Positions 11,702 to 22,298 are shown, numbered from the stretch's first letter. The stretch: 64,000 nt of DNA from an uncultured bacterium (GCA_963726455.1 CAVSCK010000004.1:384001-448000), one strand, 5' to 3'. Numbers and translations are program-made. The notes: generated by a model not told the origin, from the letters alone.

Positions 11702-12475
11702 CTATTTCGTGATGTACACCAGGGTGGTGCCGACAATGTGGCGGATGTGTGCAAACCGGGGATCGGTCAGGAACAACTCATTGAGTGCTTTCGTGACGCC
11801 CGGCCAGGCAGTGTAATCGTGCCAGAGAATGGTGCCGTGACCGTTGCGCAATAGCTGCAGCCCGATCTCGGAATCATTACGCACATATTCGTAGCTGTGT
11901 GAACCGTCAAGAAAGACGACATCGATAGTGTTGAAATAAGGGGCGAAGTCGAAACTCGCGGAGTCGCCGTAAAGCTGCGTGATCTTGCGTGATACGGGTG
12001 CGCTCTTGAATCGTGCGCCGGATTCCGGCTTGTCGACAAATACGCGATCACCGGTCGTGATATGAAGTCGCGTTGAATCGAGTTGTTCCTTGGGCAAATC
12101 GAGTGTGAAGATGCGCCCGTCGTCGCCGGTGTTGACTGCCATGTTAAGTGTCGTACGGCCGTCAAACGTGCCGATCTCAAAAATCGTTCTGGGATTTGCC
12201 TGTTTCACCAAGGCCGTGATCACCGACAATTCCTGCAAAGTGATATTGCCGTCGTTTTCGGGGAGCTCCACGACACGGATCTCGCATCCCGGTCTGACAA
12301 TTGCGGACAGCTTTACTTCCGGGATTCTGAACTCGTTGGCGCGAAATCCGAAATGACCGGCGATAGTTGAAATCAAGCCGCGCGCTCTCCCTGACACAAT
12401 CCAGCCGATAGTGAACAGGTAAATCGAAGCGATAAGCGCGTAACAATACTTGCCGATGGCTCTGACAATGTTCAT
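11702..12475 (-). CDS. Class I SAM-dependent methyltransferase (Methyltransf_24-like)
   Basis: IFEIGTFDGRTT, FTLDL, VFLDGSHSYEYVRND, ILWHDY. Confidence 0.85.
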   Translation of the reverse strand: MNIVRAIGKYCYALIASIYLFTIGWIVSGRARGLISTIAGHFGFRANEFRIPEVKLSAIVRPGCEIRVVELPENDGNITLQELSVITALVKQANPRTIFEIGTFDGRTTLNMAVNTGDDGRIFTLDLPKEQLDSTRLHITTGDRVFVDKPESGARFKSAPVSRKITQLYGDSASFDFAPYFNTIDVVFLDGSHSYEYVRNDSEIGLQLLRNGHGTILWHDYTAWPGVTKALNELFLTDPRFAHIRHIVGTTLVYITK

Positions 12476-12564
12476 AGCTGCGCCCGTTCATTCGCTGTAC
12501 AACTTCGCATGACGTGCAATATATTCACTTGCCCGCCGACTACAATCTTGTTTATTGGCCGGCG

Positions 12565-13455
12565 ATGCGGCAAATACATTTTTTCAAATACCAGGCGCTT
12601 CAAAACGATTTTCTGGTGATTGATGCCGCCCAGAATCCAGTGCTTGGTAAGAGCCGACGTCCCTCGGCTACAACCACGACAGCGTTTCTCGCAACGAGCA
12701 TCTGCGACCGACACAAAGGTATCGGCGCTGATGGAATCATTCTTCTTGAAGTCACTGTCGGCGGATTTCGAATGCGCATTTTCAACGCAGACGGTTCCGA
12801 GGCCGAAGTCTCAGGCAACGGCCTTCGAATACTGGCGCAATATCTTTACCAAAGAGAATTCGTCGGCAGCAAGTCGTTTACGATTCACTCCGAAACCGGC
12901 GCGAATCAGGTAAAGATCGTTTCGTCATCGAGTCGCCGGGTTGTGAGTCGCATTTTCCTGGGCAGGCCGCGTTTTGCCCTGAAAGAAATCCCGATGAAGG
13001 GATCGACCCGGCATTTTGTCAGCCAGTCCTTTGCCGTAAGTTCCGGAGAGCTTGTCGGCACAGCCGTGAACGTCGGCAATCCGCATATCGTGTTCTTCGT
13101 GGATAATTTCGATTTCGACTGGCAAACTTTCGGCAGGGAAGTCGAGTGTGACAAACGCTTCCCCGATCGCACTAATGTCGAATTCGCAATCATAAAGTCG
13201 CGCAAACAAGTCACCCACCGAAGTTGGGAACGCGGCGTCGGCGTGACGTCTGCCTCCGGCACTGGAGCAGCTTCGACGGTTGCGGCCGGAATCATGAACG
13301 GATTTCTCGATCACAAAGTCACGGTCCACGAGCCGGCGGGCGTTCTGCAAGTTACCGTGTCATCGTTAGAGGATGAGATTCTCCTGACCGGTCCATCGGA
13401 GTTTGTAGGTGAGGGCATCTTCATCTACGACAGCCATGAAAAAAATACTCGCTGA
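12565..13455 (+). CDS. dapF: Diaminopimelate epimerase family protein, both catalytic Cys replaced by Ser
   Basis: KYQALQNDF, GIGADG, IFNADGSEAEVSGNG, VGNPH, RFPDRTNVEF, WERGVGVTSASGTG. Confidence 0.85.
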   Translation: MRQIHFFKYQALQNDFLVIDAAQNPVLGKSRRPSATTTTAFLATSICDRHKGIGADGIILLEVTVGGFRMRIFNADGSEAEVSGNGLRILAQYLYQREFVGSKSFTIHSETGANQVKIVSSSSRRVVSRIFLGRPRFALKEIPMKGSTRHFVSQSFAVSSGELVGTAVNVGNPHIVFFVDNFDFDWQTFGREVECDKRFPDRTNVEFAIIKSRKQVTHRSWERGVGVTSASGTGAASTVAAGIMNGFLDHKVTVHEPAGVLQVTVSSLEDEILLTGPSEFVGEGIFIYDSHEKNTR

Positions 13456-14695
13456 TTACTTACTCGACGTCAAGGCCATCCAGAGAAACATCCGGCTCTT
13501 TCTGATTGGCGGCTTGCTGATGGGCATTATGAATGCCTTTCAGCAGTTGTTGCTCAACCTCTATTTCAAGGAGGTAGGACACGGTGAGGCATTTATCGGC
13601 AGCGTGCTCTCACAGGGCGCAATTGGTGGAGTCGTGGCGGCGATTCCGGCGGCTTATCTCGTTTCCAAATTCAGAATCCGGCGCGTTTTGATAATATCTA
13701 CGGTCTTGCTGGTGGGATCATTTCTCGTACTATCTACCAGCCCGCGTGAATGGCTTATTCTGCCGTCGGCGTTTGCAGTGGGATTGCTGATGGCTGTCAA
13801 GAACATTTCGTCCGGGCCGGTGATCATGCGCAATACTACTGAACGTGAACGGACTCTGGTATTCAGTCTCAATTTTTCAACCTGGATTGTGGCGGGAATC
13901 GTCGGGTCGATATCAGGCGGCTGGTTACACGATGTCTTTCTCGACATGACGGGTGACCGCTCCAAAGCTTATCAATACGCATTGGTCATTGCCGCCTTCA
14001 TCGGATTGCTGGCGGTTATTCCGTTCGCGATGATCAAGGCAAAGCGCCCCGATCCTCGGGACGTTGCACGCTCGTTTTCATGGCAATCGCTCAAGGCCAA
14101 GAAGGGCTTGTTTTTGAAACTGACGCTGCCTTTTGCCGTGTTGGGCGCCGGAGCGGGTTTGATTATTCCGTTTTTGAATCTGTATTTCAAACTTAAGTTC
14201 AATCTCGATACCGCGCGCATCGGGCTGTATTTCTCTGCACTTCAGTTCACAATGCTGGGCGCCGTGTTGATAGTACCGATTCTCAAGAAACGCATGGGTT
14301 ATATCCGCACTGTCGTGATCACTGAACTGGCATCGATTCCATTTATGGTCACTCTCTGCTTCACCAACAATCTCACAGCGGCTTTCTGGGCGTTCCTGTT
14401 TCGTGGCGCCATTATGAATATGAGCAGCCCGGTGACAACGACGTTTATGATGGAGTCAGTCAGTGCCGAAGATCATGGTCTGATCAATTCGCTGTCGTCA
14501 ATTGCCTGGGCGGGCGCGTGGGCAGTTTCCGCTCAAATCGGCGGCGCAATGATTCAGAAAGACGGATTTGTGGGCGTATTCCTGATTGCGATCGGATTAT
14601 ATCTCGTCTCGGCGGGTCTGTATTACTTCTTCTTCTCGAAAAGCGAAGTCCGCGAGGGTGAACGCATTATCATCGACACCGGCGGCTTGCGCTGA
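13436..14695 (+). CDS. MFS transporter
   Basis: About 12 hydrophobic helices in two halves; overlaps the dapF end. Confidence 0.85.
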   Translation: MKKILADYLLDVKAIQRNIRLFLIGGLLMGIMNAFQQLLLNLYFKEVGHGEAFIGSVLSQGAIGGVVAAIPAAYLVSKFRIRRVLIISTVLLVGSFLVLSTSPREWLILPSAFAVGLLMAVKNISSGPVIMRNTTERERTLVFSLNFSTWIVAGIVGSISGGWLHDVFLDMTGDRSKAYQYALVIAAFIGLLAVIPFAMIKAKRPDPRDVARSFSWQSLKAKKGLFLKLTLPFAVLGAGAGLIIPFLNLYFKLKFNLDTARIGLYFSALQFTMLGAVLIVPILKKRMGYIRTVVITELASIPFMVTLCFTNNLTAAFWAFLFRGAIMNMSSPVTTTFMMESVSAEDHGLINSLSSIAWAGAWAVSAQIGGAMIQKDGFVGVFLIAIGLYLVSAGLYYFFFSKSEVREGERIIIDTGGLR

Positions 14696-14782
14696 TTTAG
14701 TTTGTCTTGCCGGAGAATTTCAATATAATATCAAGCTTTGGGCCAATGCCGTAAGGGCTAACCGCTATTCCGAGAGAAGGAA

Positions 14783-16498
14783 ATGAGCACTGCAGAGACC
14801 AAGCGGGCTGTTGCCGAACTGATTGCCGCCGAAGTGGGGATGGACGCCGATGAACTTGCCAATTGGTTTGAACGGCCAAAACAAGCAGATCATGGCGACC
14901 TGTCGTTTCCCTGTTTCCGTCTGGCGAAATCGTTGAAGAAGGCGCCGCCACAAATAGCCGCCGATCTCAAATCGAAATTGTTCTCAGCAGTTCTTCCGGT
15001 AGGTGTCACGAAAGTTGATGCCATTGCCGGCTACCTGAATTTCACTTTCGATACGGGCTCAGTGATTGCTGATCTGCTCAAGCGTGTGCTTGTCGATGGC
15101 TCACAGTTTGGTTCGTCCGATATCGGCAAGGGACAGACGGTCGTTCTTGAATATTCTTCCGTTAATATTGCCAAGCCGTTTGGCATCGGCCACCTGCGTT
15201 CGACGATTATTGGTGCCGCGCTGAACCGGATGTACCGCAAGTTGGGCTATCGCACGATCAGCATCAACCATCTCGGCGATTGGGGAACGCAATTCGGCAA
15301 TCTGATTGCCGCCTACAAACTGTGGGGCAGCGAGTACAAATTCACAGCGAATCCGATCAGAGATCTTTACGAGCTTTATGTGCGCTTTCATGACAAAGCC
15401 AAAGACGATCAGACGTTTGAACAATCGGGGCGCGACGAGTTTCGCAGACTCGAGCAGGGTGATGCGCAGAATCTGGCTTTGTGGCAGCGCTTCATTGATT
15501 ACAGCATGCAGGATTTCAACCGCGTCTATCGGTTATTGAATGTCGAATTCGATCACCTCACCGGAGAATCATTCTATCGCGACAAGATGGCGGCAGTGCT
15601 CCGCGAGCTTGAGGACAAACATCTCTTGACGCAGAGCGAGGGCGCCACGATTGTTGACTTGAGCAGGTTCGATCTGACTCCCTGCCTGATCAAGAAATCC
15701 GATGATTCCTCGCTGTACGCGACTCGCGACCTGACTGCGCTCTTGTACCGCAAACAAACTTACCATTTCGACAGGATTCTATACGTTGTCGGTACAGCGC
15801 AGAAACTTCATTTTCGCCAATTCTTCAAAGTGGCGGAACTAATGGGCTACGACTGGGTGCATGAGCATGCAGTGCACGTCGACTTTGGCTGGGTGAAGTT
15901 CGCCGGCGAGATGATGTCAACCCGTGCGGGCAAAGTCATCTTCTTCGATGAAGTGCAAGACCGGGCTCAGGCGTTGGCGCGGGAGATTATCACGCGCGAG
16001 AATCCCGACGTCGCAAACGTCGGCTGGACGTCAGAGAAAGTGGCGGTGGCGGCGATTGTGTTCACGCAGTTGCGGGTAAGGCGCAACAAAGACGTCAATT
16101 TCATCTGGGAAGAGGCGCTGTCATTCAAAGGTGAGACCGGGCCTTACTTGCAGTACACACATGCGCGATTGACCTCATTGATGCAGAAGTATGGAAAGCC
16201 GTTGCCCGACCTGGACGCAAACTTCGGTCTGTTGGCGGACGAGGAAAAGGAAATCATCAAGCGATTCGAGTTGTATGGCCAAAAGGTTGCCAAGGCGGCG
16301 GAAGAATACGAAACCTCGATCCTGGCCGATTACTTGATAGAACTGGCCTCGACCTTCAACAGCTACTGGCAGCGTATTCGAATCATCACGGATGACGTGG
16401 AGTTAACTCGCGCCCGCATGCAGATGGCATTCGCAACCCGGACGATCATCTCCGATGGTTTGCGGCTTTTGGGAATTGAACCGTTAGAGAGAATGTGA
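14783..16498 (+). CDS. argS: Arginine-tRNA ligase
   Basis: HGDLSFPCF, EYSSVNIAKPFGIGHLRSTIIG, NHLGDWGTQFG, MSTRAG, GETGPYLQYTHAR, C-terminal ERM. Confidence 0.97.
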   Translation: MSTAETKRAVAELIAAEVGMDADELANWFERPKQADHGDLSFPCFRLAKSLKKAPPQIAADLKSKLFSAVLPVGVTKVDAIAGYLNFTFDTGSVIADLLKRVLVDGSQFGSSDIGKGQTVVLEYSSVNIAKPFGIGHLRSTIIGAALNRMYRKLGYRTISINHLGDWGTQFGNLIAAYKLWGSEYKFTANPIRDLYELYVRFHDKAKDDQTFEQSGRDEFRRLEQGDAQNLALWQRFIDYSMQDFNRVYRLLNVEFDHLTGESFYRDKMAAVLRELEDKHLLTQSEGATIVDLSRFDLTPCLIKKSDDSSLYATRDLTALLYRKQTYHFDRILYVVGTAQKLHFRQFFKVAELMGYDWVHEHAVHVDFGWVKFAGEMMSTRAGKVIFFDEVQDRAQALAREIITRENPDVANVGWTSEKVAVAAIVFTQLRVRRNKDVNFIWEEALSFKGETGPYLQYTHARLTSLMQKYGKPLPDLDANFGLLADEEKEIIKRFELYGQKVAKAAEEYETSILADYLIELASTFNSYWQRIRIITDDVELTRARMQMAFATRTIISDGLRLLGIEPLERM

Positions 16499-16499
16499 T

Positions 16500-17837
16500 A
16501 TGTTGCTTATACGTCCCAAGGAATATGAACTGGTCATTCAGCCGCGCACCGATTATCTGTCGGCGCTGACGGCATTATCGTTTGCCTCGCGCAAAAATAG
16601 TCCCACAACCATCTCCCCGATTGAACGCAGTGATTTGATTCTGCAGTTCGAGGATTTCCTGGCGAGCGGGGGTATCTCCTGCGACTGGGCGGAAACGTCC
16701 GTCGCTGTCGATCCGTCGCACAAGAAGCCGTTCGAGTTCGGGCAGCGGTTTCGTGATTATGAATCTTTCAAGCTCGCTCTGGCTCTGGCGGCAACCGCGG
16801 AAGGCAGCGCAATTTCGCTCATTGACGATCTCGACGAGACCGTGCAGATGACGGTTCTGGCGCTGCGCCGAATGGGCGCTGACCTCGAATTCGTAGGCGG
16901 CAAGAAATCGCGCATGATCGTTACGCAGCCCGTCAATCGGGAAATCAAATACCATCTCCAACGCGAGAGCGCGAAGATCGTGCCTCTACTGGTTTTGGCG
17001 ATGGCGACAATCGGCAAGAGTTGTGAATTGTACGATCTCTTTGACGATAGCCGCTGCGATGACATCTTCCGGCATTTCGTGGCCGGTTTTGAGCGAAAGA
17101 ATACGGGTGACGCGGAGCCGGAGGACGAACTCGAGCGTCGCCTGCGAAAGCTGTCACCACAGGTAAGCGAATATCGGTCGCAAGTGAATATCACCGGCGG
17201 AATAAGGGACGAGGAATCGTCATTGGAATTGCGCCCCGACACCGAATTTGCCGCCTATCTGGTCGCCGGCATGAACAATTTCAGCCATGGCAAAATTATC
17301 CTGCTGGGATGCAATAGTGCAGACATTACCGACACCCCGCTTGGACAACTCCGTCGAATGGGAGTAGAGTTTACTTCATACAGTGGCGAGAACGGGAAAG
17401 GTTTCATGGTGAAGAAGTTCAGCGTCAAGGGACGCCGTGTGGCGCACGAGCAGCTACATGATTACCCCGATGCCGTCGGTGCGCTGGCATTGGCTGCCAG
17501 CTTAGGCGAAGGAACCTCGGTTATCAGATCATCGCCGTACAACACGGTGCGGGAAGAAGCCCGCCGCCGCCGGCTGTGTGAGATTCTCAAGTCATTTGGC
17601 GCCAAGATCGCCGAAATCGACGACGGTCTCGTAATCGAAGGGCGCAAGGAATTGTCCGCCGACGCTGTTCAAACCGGCGCTGATCCTGTCTGTGCACTGC
17701 TAGCAGTTTCCGCAGCGCTGGGAGTCGTGAGCCGCGTCGAAATCGATGACAACTATGCCGGCACGTACCGCTGGGGCGATTCATTTGACCAACTTGTGCA
17801 GTCCGTCTCCGCGTCCGTCACGGAGCCGGCCGGCTAA
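16500..17837 (+). CDS. EPSP synthase (AroA/MurA fold)-like protein with degenerate active-site motifs
   Basis: TVLALRRMGA, LRRMGVEF, and PDAVGALALAASLGEGTSVIR...EILKSFGAKIAEIDDGLVIEG match the AroA scaffold; catalytic motifs absent. Confidence 0.65.
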   Translation: MLLIRPKEYELVIQPRTDYLSALTALSFASRKNSPTTISPIERSDLILQFEDFLASGGISCDWAETSVAVDPSHKKPFEFGQRFRDYESFKLALALAATAEGSAISLIDDLDETVQMTVLALRRMGADLEFVGGKKSRMIVTQPVNREIKYHLQRESAKIVPLLVLAMATIGKSCELYDLFDDSRCDDIFRHFVAGFERKNTGDAEPEDELERRLRKLSPQVSEYRSQVNITGGIRDEESSLELRPDTEFAAYLVAGMNNFSHGKIILLGCNSADITDTPLGQLRRMGVEFTSYSGENGKGFMVKKFSVKGRRVAHEQLHDYPDAVGALALAASLGEGTSVIRSSPYNTVREEARRRRLCEILKSFGAKIAEIDDGLVIEGRKELSADAVQTGADPVCALLAVSAALGVVSRVEIDDNYAGTYRWGDSFDQLVQSVSASVTEPAG

Positions 17838-17858
17838 TTCATGTAGCACGTTATCTTC

Positions 17859-19217
17859 ATGGCAACGGAATTAATCAACATCACGGAAGGCCCGATCATG
17901 GGGCAGATTGTGCGGCTCGCCTGGCCGGCGGTCAGCGCCATGTTCTTGCGGACCGCGTTAACCATCACGAACGCCATCTGGGTCGGCAGATTGGGCGCCT
18001 CCGAAATGGCGGCGGTGATAAGCTCCATGTTTGTCGTCTGGCTGCTATTCAGCATGATCGACATTGTCGGCACCGGCACCGTTGCCGTGATCTCACGATT
18101 TTACGGAGCGCGGCAGATCGACAAGGTCTCGCACACAGCGCGGCAGGCCGTATTTCTCGCCGCCGCCGGATCGGTTGTCATGACCCTCGTCGGTGTTTTC
18201 GGCGCCGATTTCATGTTCAGCATTATGCAGACCGCCCCGGAAGTTGTGCGGCTTGGCAAGTCGTACCTGCAAATCTTTTTTGCTTTTTCGGCAGTACTGT
18301 TGATGAACGAACTCTTCAGCGCCATGTTTCGCGCTTCCGGGGACACGCGAACGCCGCTGGTTATAAGTCTGGTTTCAACTGTGCTGAATATCATTTTCGA
18401 CCCGCTCCTGATCTTCGGTATCGGTCCATTTCCGCAGATGGGCGTGGCCGGAGCAGCCGTCGGCGCTGCGATATCGATGGTCGTTGGATTCATACTATAC
18501 ATAATCATGATTCGTCGCGGCAAACTGACATTCAAGTTCAACTGGCACGGCGAATATCATATTGATTTCAAGATGATCGGCCAGATTGTCAAGATCGGCT
18601 TGCCGCTGGCTACGGCAGGCATCGTGTTTTCGGTGGTGTACCTGTTTATGAATCGAATCACGGCGGGCTTCGGGACCGAGGCGATCGCTGCACTTGGAAT
18701 CGGCAATCGCTGCGAGTCACTCTCGTATCTGGTATGCTTCGGCTTTTCCATCGCTGTCGCAGCGCTGGTGGGACAAAACCTGGGCGCGAAAAAGCCGGAG
18801 CGTGCGTCGACGACAGTCTGGTATACGGTGGGAATAACCTGCGGGATCACGCTGGTCATCTCGATGGGATTCCTGCTATTTCCAAACCTGATCTCGTCCA
18901 TCTTTATCAGCGATCCGAAAGTCAAATCCATAGCGGCTGATTACCTGATAATATTGGCTCTATCACAATCGTTCATGGCGATCGAAATTGTGATGGAGGG
19001 AGCTTTTTCGGGAGCGGGCGACACCATGCCGCCGATGATCGTGTCCATCATCGGATCCTTTGCGCGGGTGCCGCTGGCGTGGTTTATCTGTTATCCGCTC
19101 GGCGTCGGCGTTGATGGTGTTTGGTGGTCGATCACGCTGACGTCAATAGTCAAGGGCACGATATTGGTGTTCTTGTTCCGCCGAAACCGCTGGCAGCTAA
19201 AACAGGTATATGCCTGA
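17859..19217 (+). CDS. MATE family efflux transporter
   Basis: ITEGPI...LAWP, FRASGDTRTPL, NIIFDPLLIFG.GPFPQMGVAGAA, VGQNLGA. Confidence 0.93.
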   Translation: MATELINITEGPIMGQIVRLAWPAVSAMFLRTALTITNAIWVGRLGASEMAAVISSMFVVWLLFSMIDIVGTGTVAVISRFYGARQIDKVSHTARQAVFLAAAGSVVMTLVGVFGADFMFSIMQTAPEVVRLGKSYLQIFFAFSAVLLMNELFSAMFRASGDTRTPLVISLVSTVLNIIFDPLLIFGIGPFPQMGVAGAAVGAAISMVVGFILYIIMIRRGKLTFKFNWHGEYHIDFKMIGQIVKIGLPLATAGIVFSVVYLFMNRITAGFGTEAIAALGIGNRCESLSYLVCFGFSIAVAALVGQNLGAKKPERASTTVWYTVGITCGITLVISMGFLLFPNLISSIFISDPKVKSIAADYLIILALSQSFMAIEIVMEGAFSGAGDTMPPMIVSIIGSFARVPLAWFICYPLGVGVDGVWWSITLTSIVKGTILVFLFRRNRWQLKQVYA

Positions 19218-19259
19218 CCACGTATCGCTTGCGGAAGCGCTTTCTGTTCGAGGTTCCAC

Positions 19260-20204
19260 GTGAAACGCAAGGTCGGCCTTGTAACCCATCCTGACTGTAC
19301 ACTTCACAATTGGCCCACGCATGTCGAAAACGCGCAACGCACCAACGCGATTCTGCGACTTCTCGAATCAACGGGACTAACTGAGAAACTCTGCATGGCA
19401 TCGGCGCGGGAAGCCACTATCGACGAATTGCTTCTAAATCACAGCAAGGATTATGTCGATCAAATTGCCGGTTTGCACGAGCACGGAATAGTCATGCTTG
19501 ACGGCGACACTTATGCTAACGAGCATTCCTTTCACGCTGCGCGGTTGTCTTACGGCGGTGCGCTGTTGGCTGTGGAGAAAGTGTTTTCCGGCGAATGGCA
19601 GCGTGGCTTCTGCGTGATCCGTCCTCCCGGCCATCACGCCATGCATAATCACGCAATGGGATTCTGCATCTTTAACAATATCGCAGGCGCGGCGCGTTTT
19701 GCGTTGAAGTCTGGTAACGTGGCCCGGGTAGCTATTGCCGATTTTGACGTCCACCACGGCAACGGCACACAGTTCTCATTCTATAACAACAGCGCTGTGC
19801 ACTTCACCAGTATGCATCAATATCCGTTCTACCCCGGCACCGGCGCGTCCTACGAAACAGGCAGCGGAGCAGGCGAAGGATTCACACTTAACTTGCCGCT
19901 AACTGCCGGTACCACTGGTGCAGAGGCGACTGCGTTATTCGAACCGGCGTTTCGCGAGGCCATGGAGGCGTTTCGTCCGGAACTCATACTGGTATCCGCC
20001 GGCTTTGACGCGCACTGCGACGATCCACTGGCCTCACTGCGTTTCGAAGACGAAGATTATCGTACCGTGACGAGTATAATTTGCGATATTGCTGACCGCT
20101 ACGCAGGAGGCAAAGTTGTCTCCGTGTTGGAAGGCGGTTATGATTTGGATGCTCTCGCCCGATCGGCGGCAGAGCATGTGAAAGGATTACTGGGCGATGA
20201 CTAG
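19260..20204 (+). CDS. Histone deacetylase family Zn-dependent amidohydrolase
   Basis: RPPGHHA, GFCIFNN, DFDVHHGNGTQ, SAGFDAH, LEGGY. Confidence 0.93.
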   Translation: MKRKVGLVTHPDCTLHNWPTHVENAQRTNAILRLLESTGLTEKLCMASAREATIDELLLNHSKDYVDQIAGLHEHGIVMLDGDTYANEHSFHAARLSYGGALLAVEKVFSGEWQRGFCVIRPPGHHAMHNHAMGFCIFNNIAGAARFALKSGNVARVAIADFDVHHGNGTQFSFYNNSAVHFTSMHQYPFYPGTGASYETGSGAGEGFTLNLPLTAGTTGAEATALFEPAFREAMEAFRPELILVSAGFDAHCDDPLASLRFEDEDYRTVTSIICDIADRYAGGKVVSVLEGGYDLDALARSAAEHVKGLLGDD

Positions 20205-20970
20205 CAAATATTGTCGCGTTATGTTTGAGGGCAAAGCGGTCTGGGGACAACTAAGTGGGGATCAGATTCAGGTGATCGATGGCGATCTCTTTGGGGAGCA
20301 TCGCATCACGGATCGCAAGATTCAACTTGCCGGCGCCAGACTCTTGCCGCCGGTTACACCGACCAAGATCGTTTGCGTCGGGCTTAATTATGTCGATCAT
20401 GTCAAGGAAAGCCAGTCTTCGAATGTTGTGCCTGCCGAGCCGGTATTGTTCATGAAGCCATTAACCGCGTTGATCGGGCCTGATGACGAGATTACATATC
20501 CACCATCCAGCCAGCGTGTCGACTACGAGGGCGAGATCGGCGTGGTTATCAAGACGCGCAGCAAGGGGCTGTCACCGGAGGAAATTCAAAAAAACATCTT
20601 TGGCGTAACCTGCGTGAATGATGTCACTGCCCGCGACTTGCAGAAGAAAGACCTGCAGTGGACGCGCGGCAAGGGATTCGATACTTTCTGCCCGGCGGGA
20701 CCATATCTCGTGACCGGATTGGACTACACAAACCTGAATGTATCATCACGCTTAAACGGCGAGACGCGCCAGTCCTCCAACAGCCGCCACATGATTTTCT
20801 CGATACCGCAATTGATCAGCTTCATCAATAATATCATGACCCTGCAACCCGGCGACTTGATCGTCACCGGCACACCGGAGGGAATCGGCCCCATGCAAGA
20901 CGGCGACGTAGCGGAAGTCGAGGTTGAAGGCGTTGGTATTCTGCGTAACAAGGTTGAGCGCCATGGATAA
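20197..20970 (+). CDS. Fumarylacetoacetate hydrolase family protein
   Basis: KIVCVGLNY, DYEGEIG, NDVTARDLQ, KGFDTFCP, TGTPEG. Confidence 0.93.
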   Translation: MTSKYCRVMFEGKAVWGQLSGDQIQVIDGDLFGEHRITDRKIQLAGARLLPPVTPTKIVCVGLNYVDHVKESQSSNVVPAEPVLFMKPLTALIGPDDEITYPPSSQRVDYEGEIGVVIKTRSKGLSPEEIQKNIFGVTCVNDVTARDLQKKDLQWTRGKGFDTFCPAGPYLVTGLDYTNLNVSSRLNGETRQSSNSRHMIFSIPQLISFINNIMTLQPGDLIVTGTPEGIGPMQDGDVAEVEVEGVGILRNKVERHG

Positions 20971-22135
20971 GAAAGACGATACCAAAGCGGTTCACTCGGG
21001 CGAGATTGGCCGCAAGTATGATGGATCGGTCGCCATGCCGATCTTTACCAGCAGCACTTTTGCCTTCGAGTCGAGCGCCGATCTGGAAGCATACAACCGC
21101 GATCCGTCCGGAAAATACCTCTACACGCGTTACGGCAACCCTACGATCGTTGCGGTCGAACAGAAGGTTGCCGATCTCGAGCGGGCGGAAATGTCGGTGT
21201 TGTTTTCGTCAGGCATGGCTGCGATCACTTCAAGCGTACTTTCGCTGCTCAGATCCGGCGACAGAGTAGTTGCCACCCCATCGCTCTATGGCGGCACGCG
21301 AAAGTTCTTCCGTGACATCCTGCCGCGATACGGTATCGAAGTTGCCTTTGCAGCAACCGGCGCCATTGATGATGCGCGTCGGATTATTGATGATCGCACG
21401 CGACTGCTTTATATCGAATCGCCGGCGAATCCTCATGTCGAAATACTCGATGTGGCGGCCTTTGCCAAGCTTGCAAAGGAACACCGGATTCTCTCTGCAA
21501 TCGATGCCACGTTTGCCACGCCATATCTGATGAAGCCGTGCGAAATGGGCATTGACGTGGTCATCCATAGTTGCACCAAGTATATCGGCGGCCATGCCGA
21601 TCTGATCGGTGGTGTGGTGAGTGGCAAAGCGGATGTGATGAAGAAGGTCGAAGAGTATCGCCGGGTGCTGGGAGGAATTGCCGATCCCGAGTGTGCCTAT
21701 CGTATCGGCAGGGGACTGAAGACTCTGGCCGTCAGAATGGAGCGGCACTGCACCAACGCCCTGGCAGTAGCAAAGGCGTTGCGGAAATCTCCCAAGGTTG
21801 AGGACGTCCTGTATCCCGGCTTGGCGGAATCACCCTGGCACAAACTTGCAAAGTCGCAAATGCGCGACTTTGGCGGGATGGTTTGTGTAACTCTGAAGGG
21901 CGGGTTGTCGGCTGCGAAGCGCTTCGTGGATAGTCTGAAGCTGGTGGTTAATGCCGCGAGCTTGGGCGGCGTCGAGTCGCTGGCTTCGATTCCGGTGCTG
22001 ACCTCGCACGTCAACATGTCGGCTGAGGAACTGCGCATTTCGCGTGTAAGCGAAGGTATGGTGCGACTCTCAATCGGCATCGAGTCAGCGGATGACCTCG
22101 TCGCTGATGTGGCGCAGGCGTTGGAGCGAGTCTAG
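20963..22135 (+). CDS. PLP-dependent trans-sulfuration enzyme (cystathionine gamma-synthase/lyase or methionine gamma-lyase family)
   Basis: YTRYGNPT, FSSGMAAI, ESPANP, HSCTKYIGGH, SLGGVESL, RLSIGIE. Confidence 0.9.
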   Translation: MDKKDDTKAVHSGEIGRKYDGSVAMPIFTSSTFAFESSADLEAYNRDPSGKYLYTRYGNPTIVAVEQKVADLERAEMSVLFSSGMAAITSSVLSLLRSGDRVVATPSLYGGTRKFFRDILPRYGIEVAFAATGAIDDARRIIDDRTRLLYIESPANPHVEILDVAAFAKLAKEHRILSAIDATFATPYLMKPCEMGIDVVIHSCTKYIGGHADLIGGVVSGKADVMKKVEEYRRVLGGIADPECAYRIGRGLKTLAVRMERHCTNALAVAKALRKSPKVEDVLYPGLAESPWHKLAKSQMRDFGGMVCVTLKGGLSAAKRFVDSLKLVVNAASLGGVESLASIPVLTSHVNMSAEELRISRVSEGMVRLSIGIESADDLVADVAQALERV

Positions 22136-22298
22136 GCGCTGATTTCTTCCTGGCTGATTTATTTATTTGCCTCGCAGGCACTCGTCTTAGGTTCAACAAA
22201 CTGGGCAATCTAACGTCGTCTTACTGATGCTATTGGGACGGCGCCGACATTCCAGTTTGTGGTTGATTCTCCACAAGCGCTCGGTATCTTCAGGCGGA

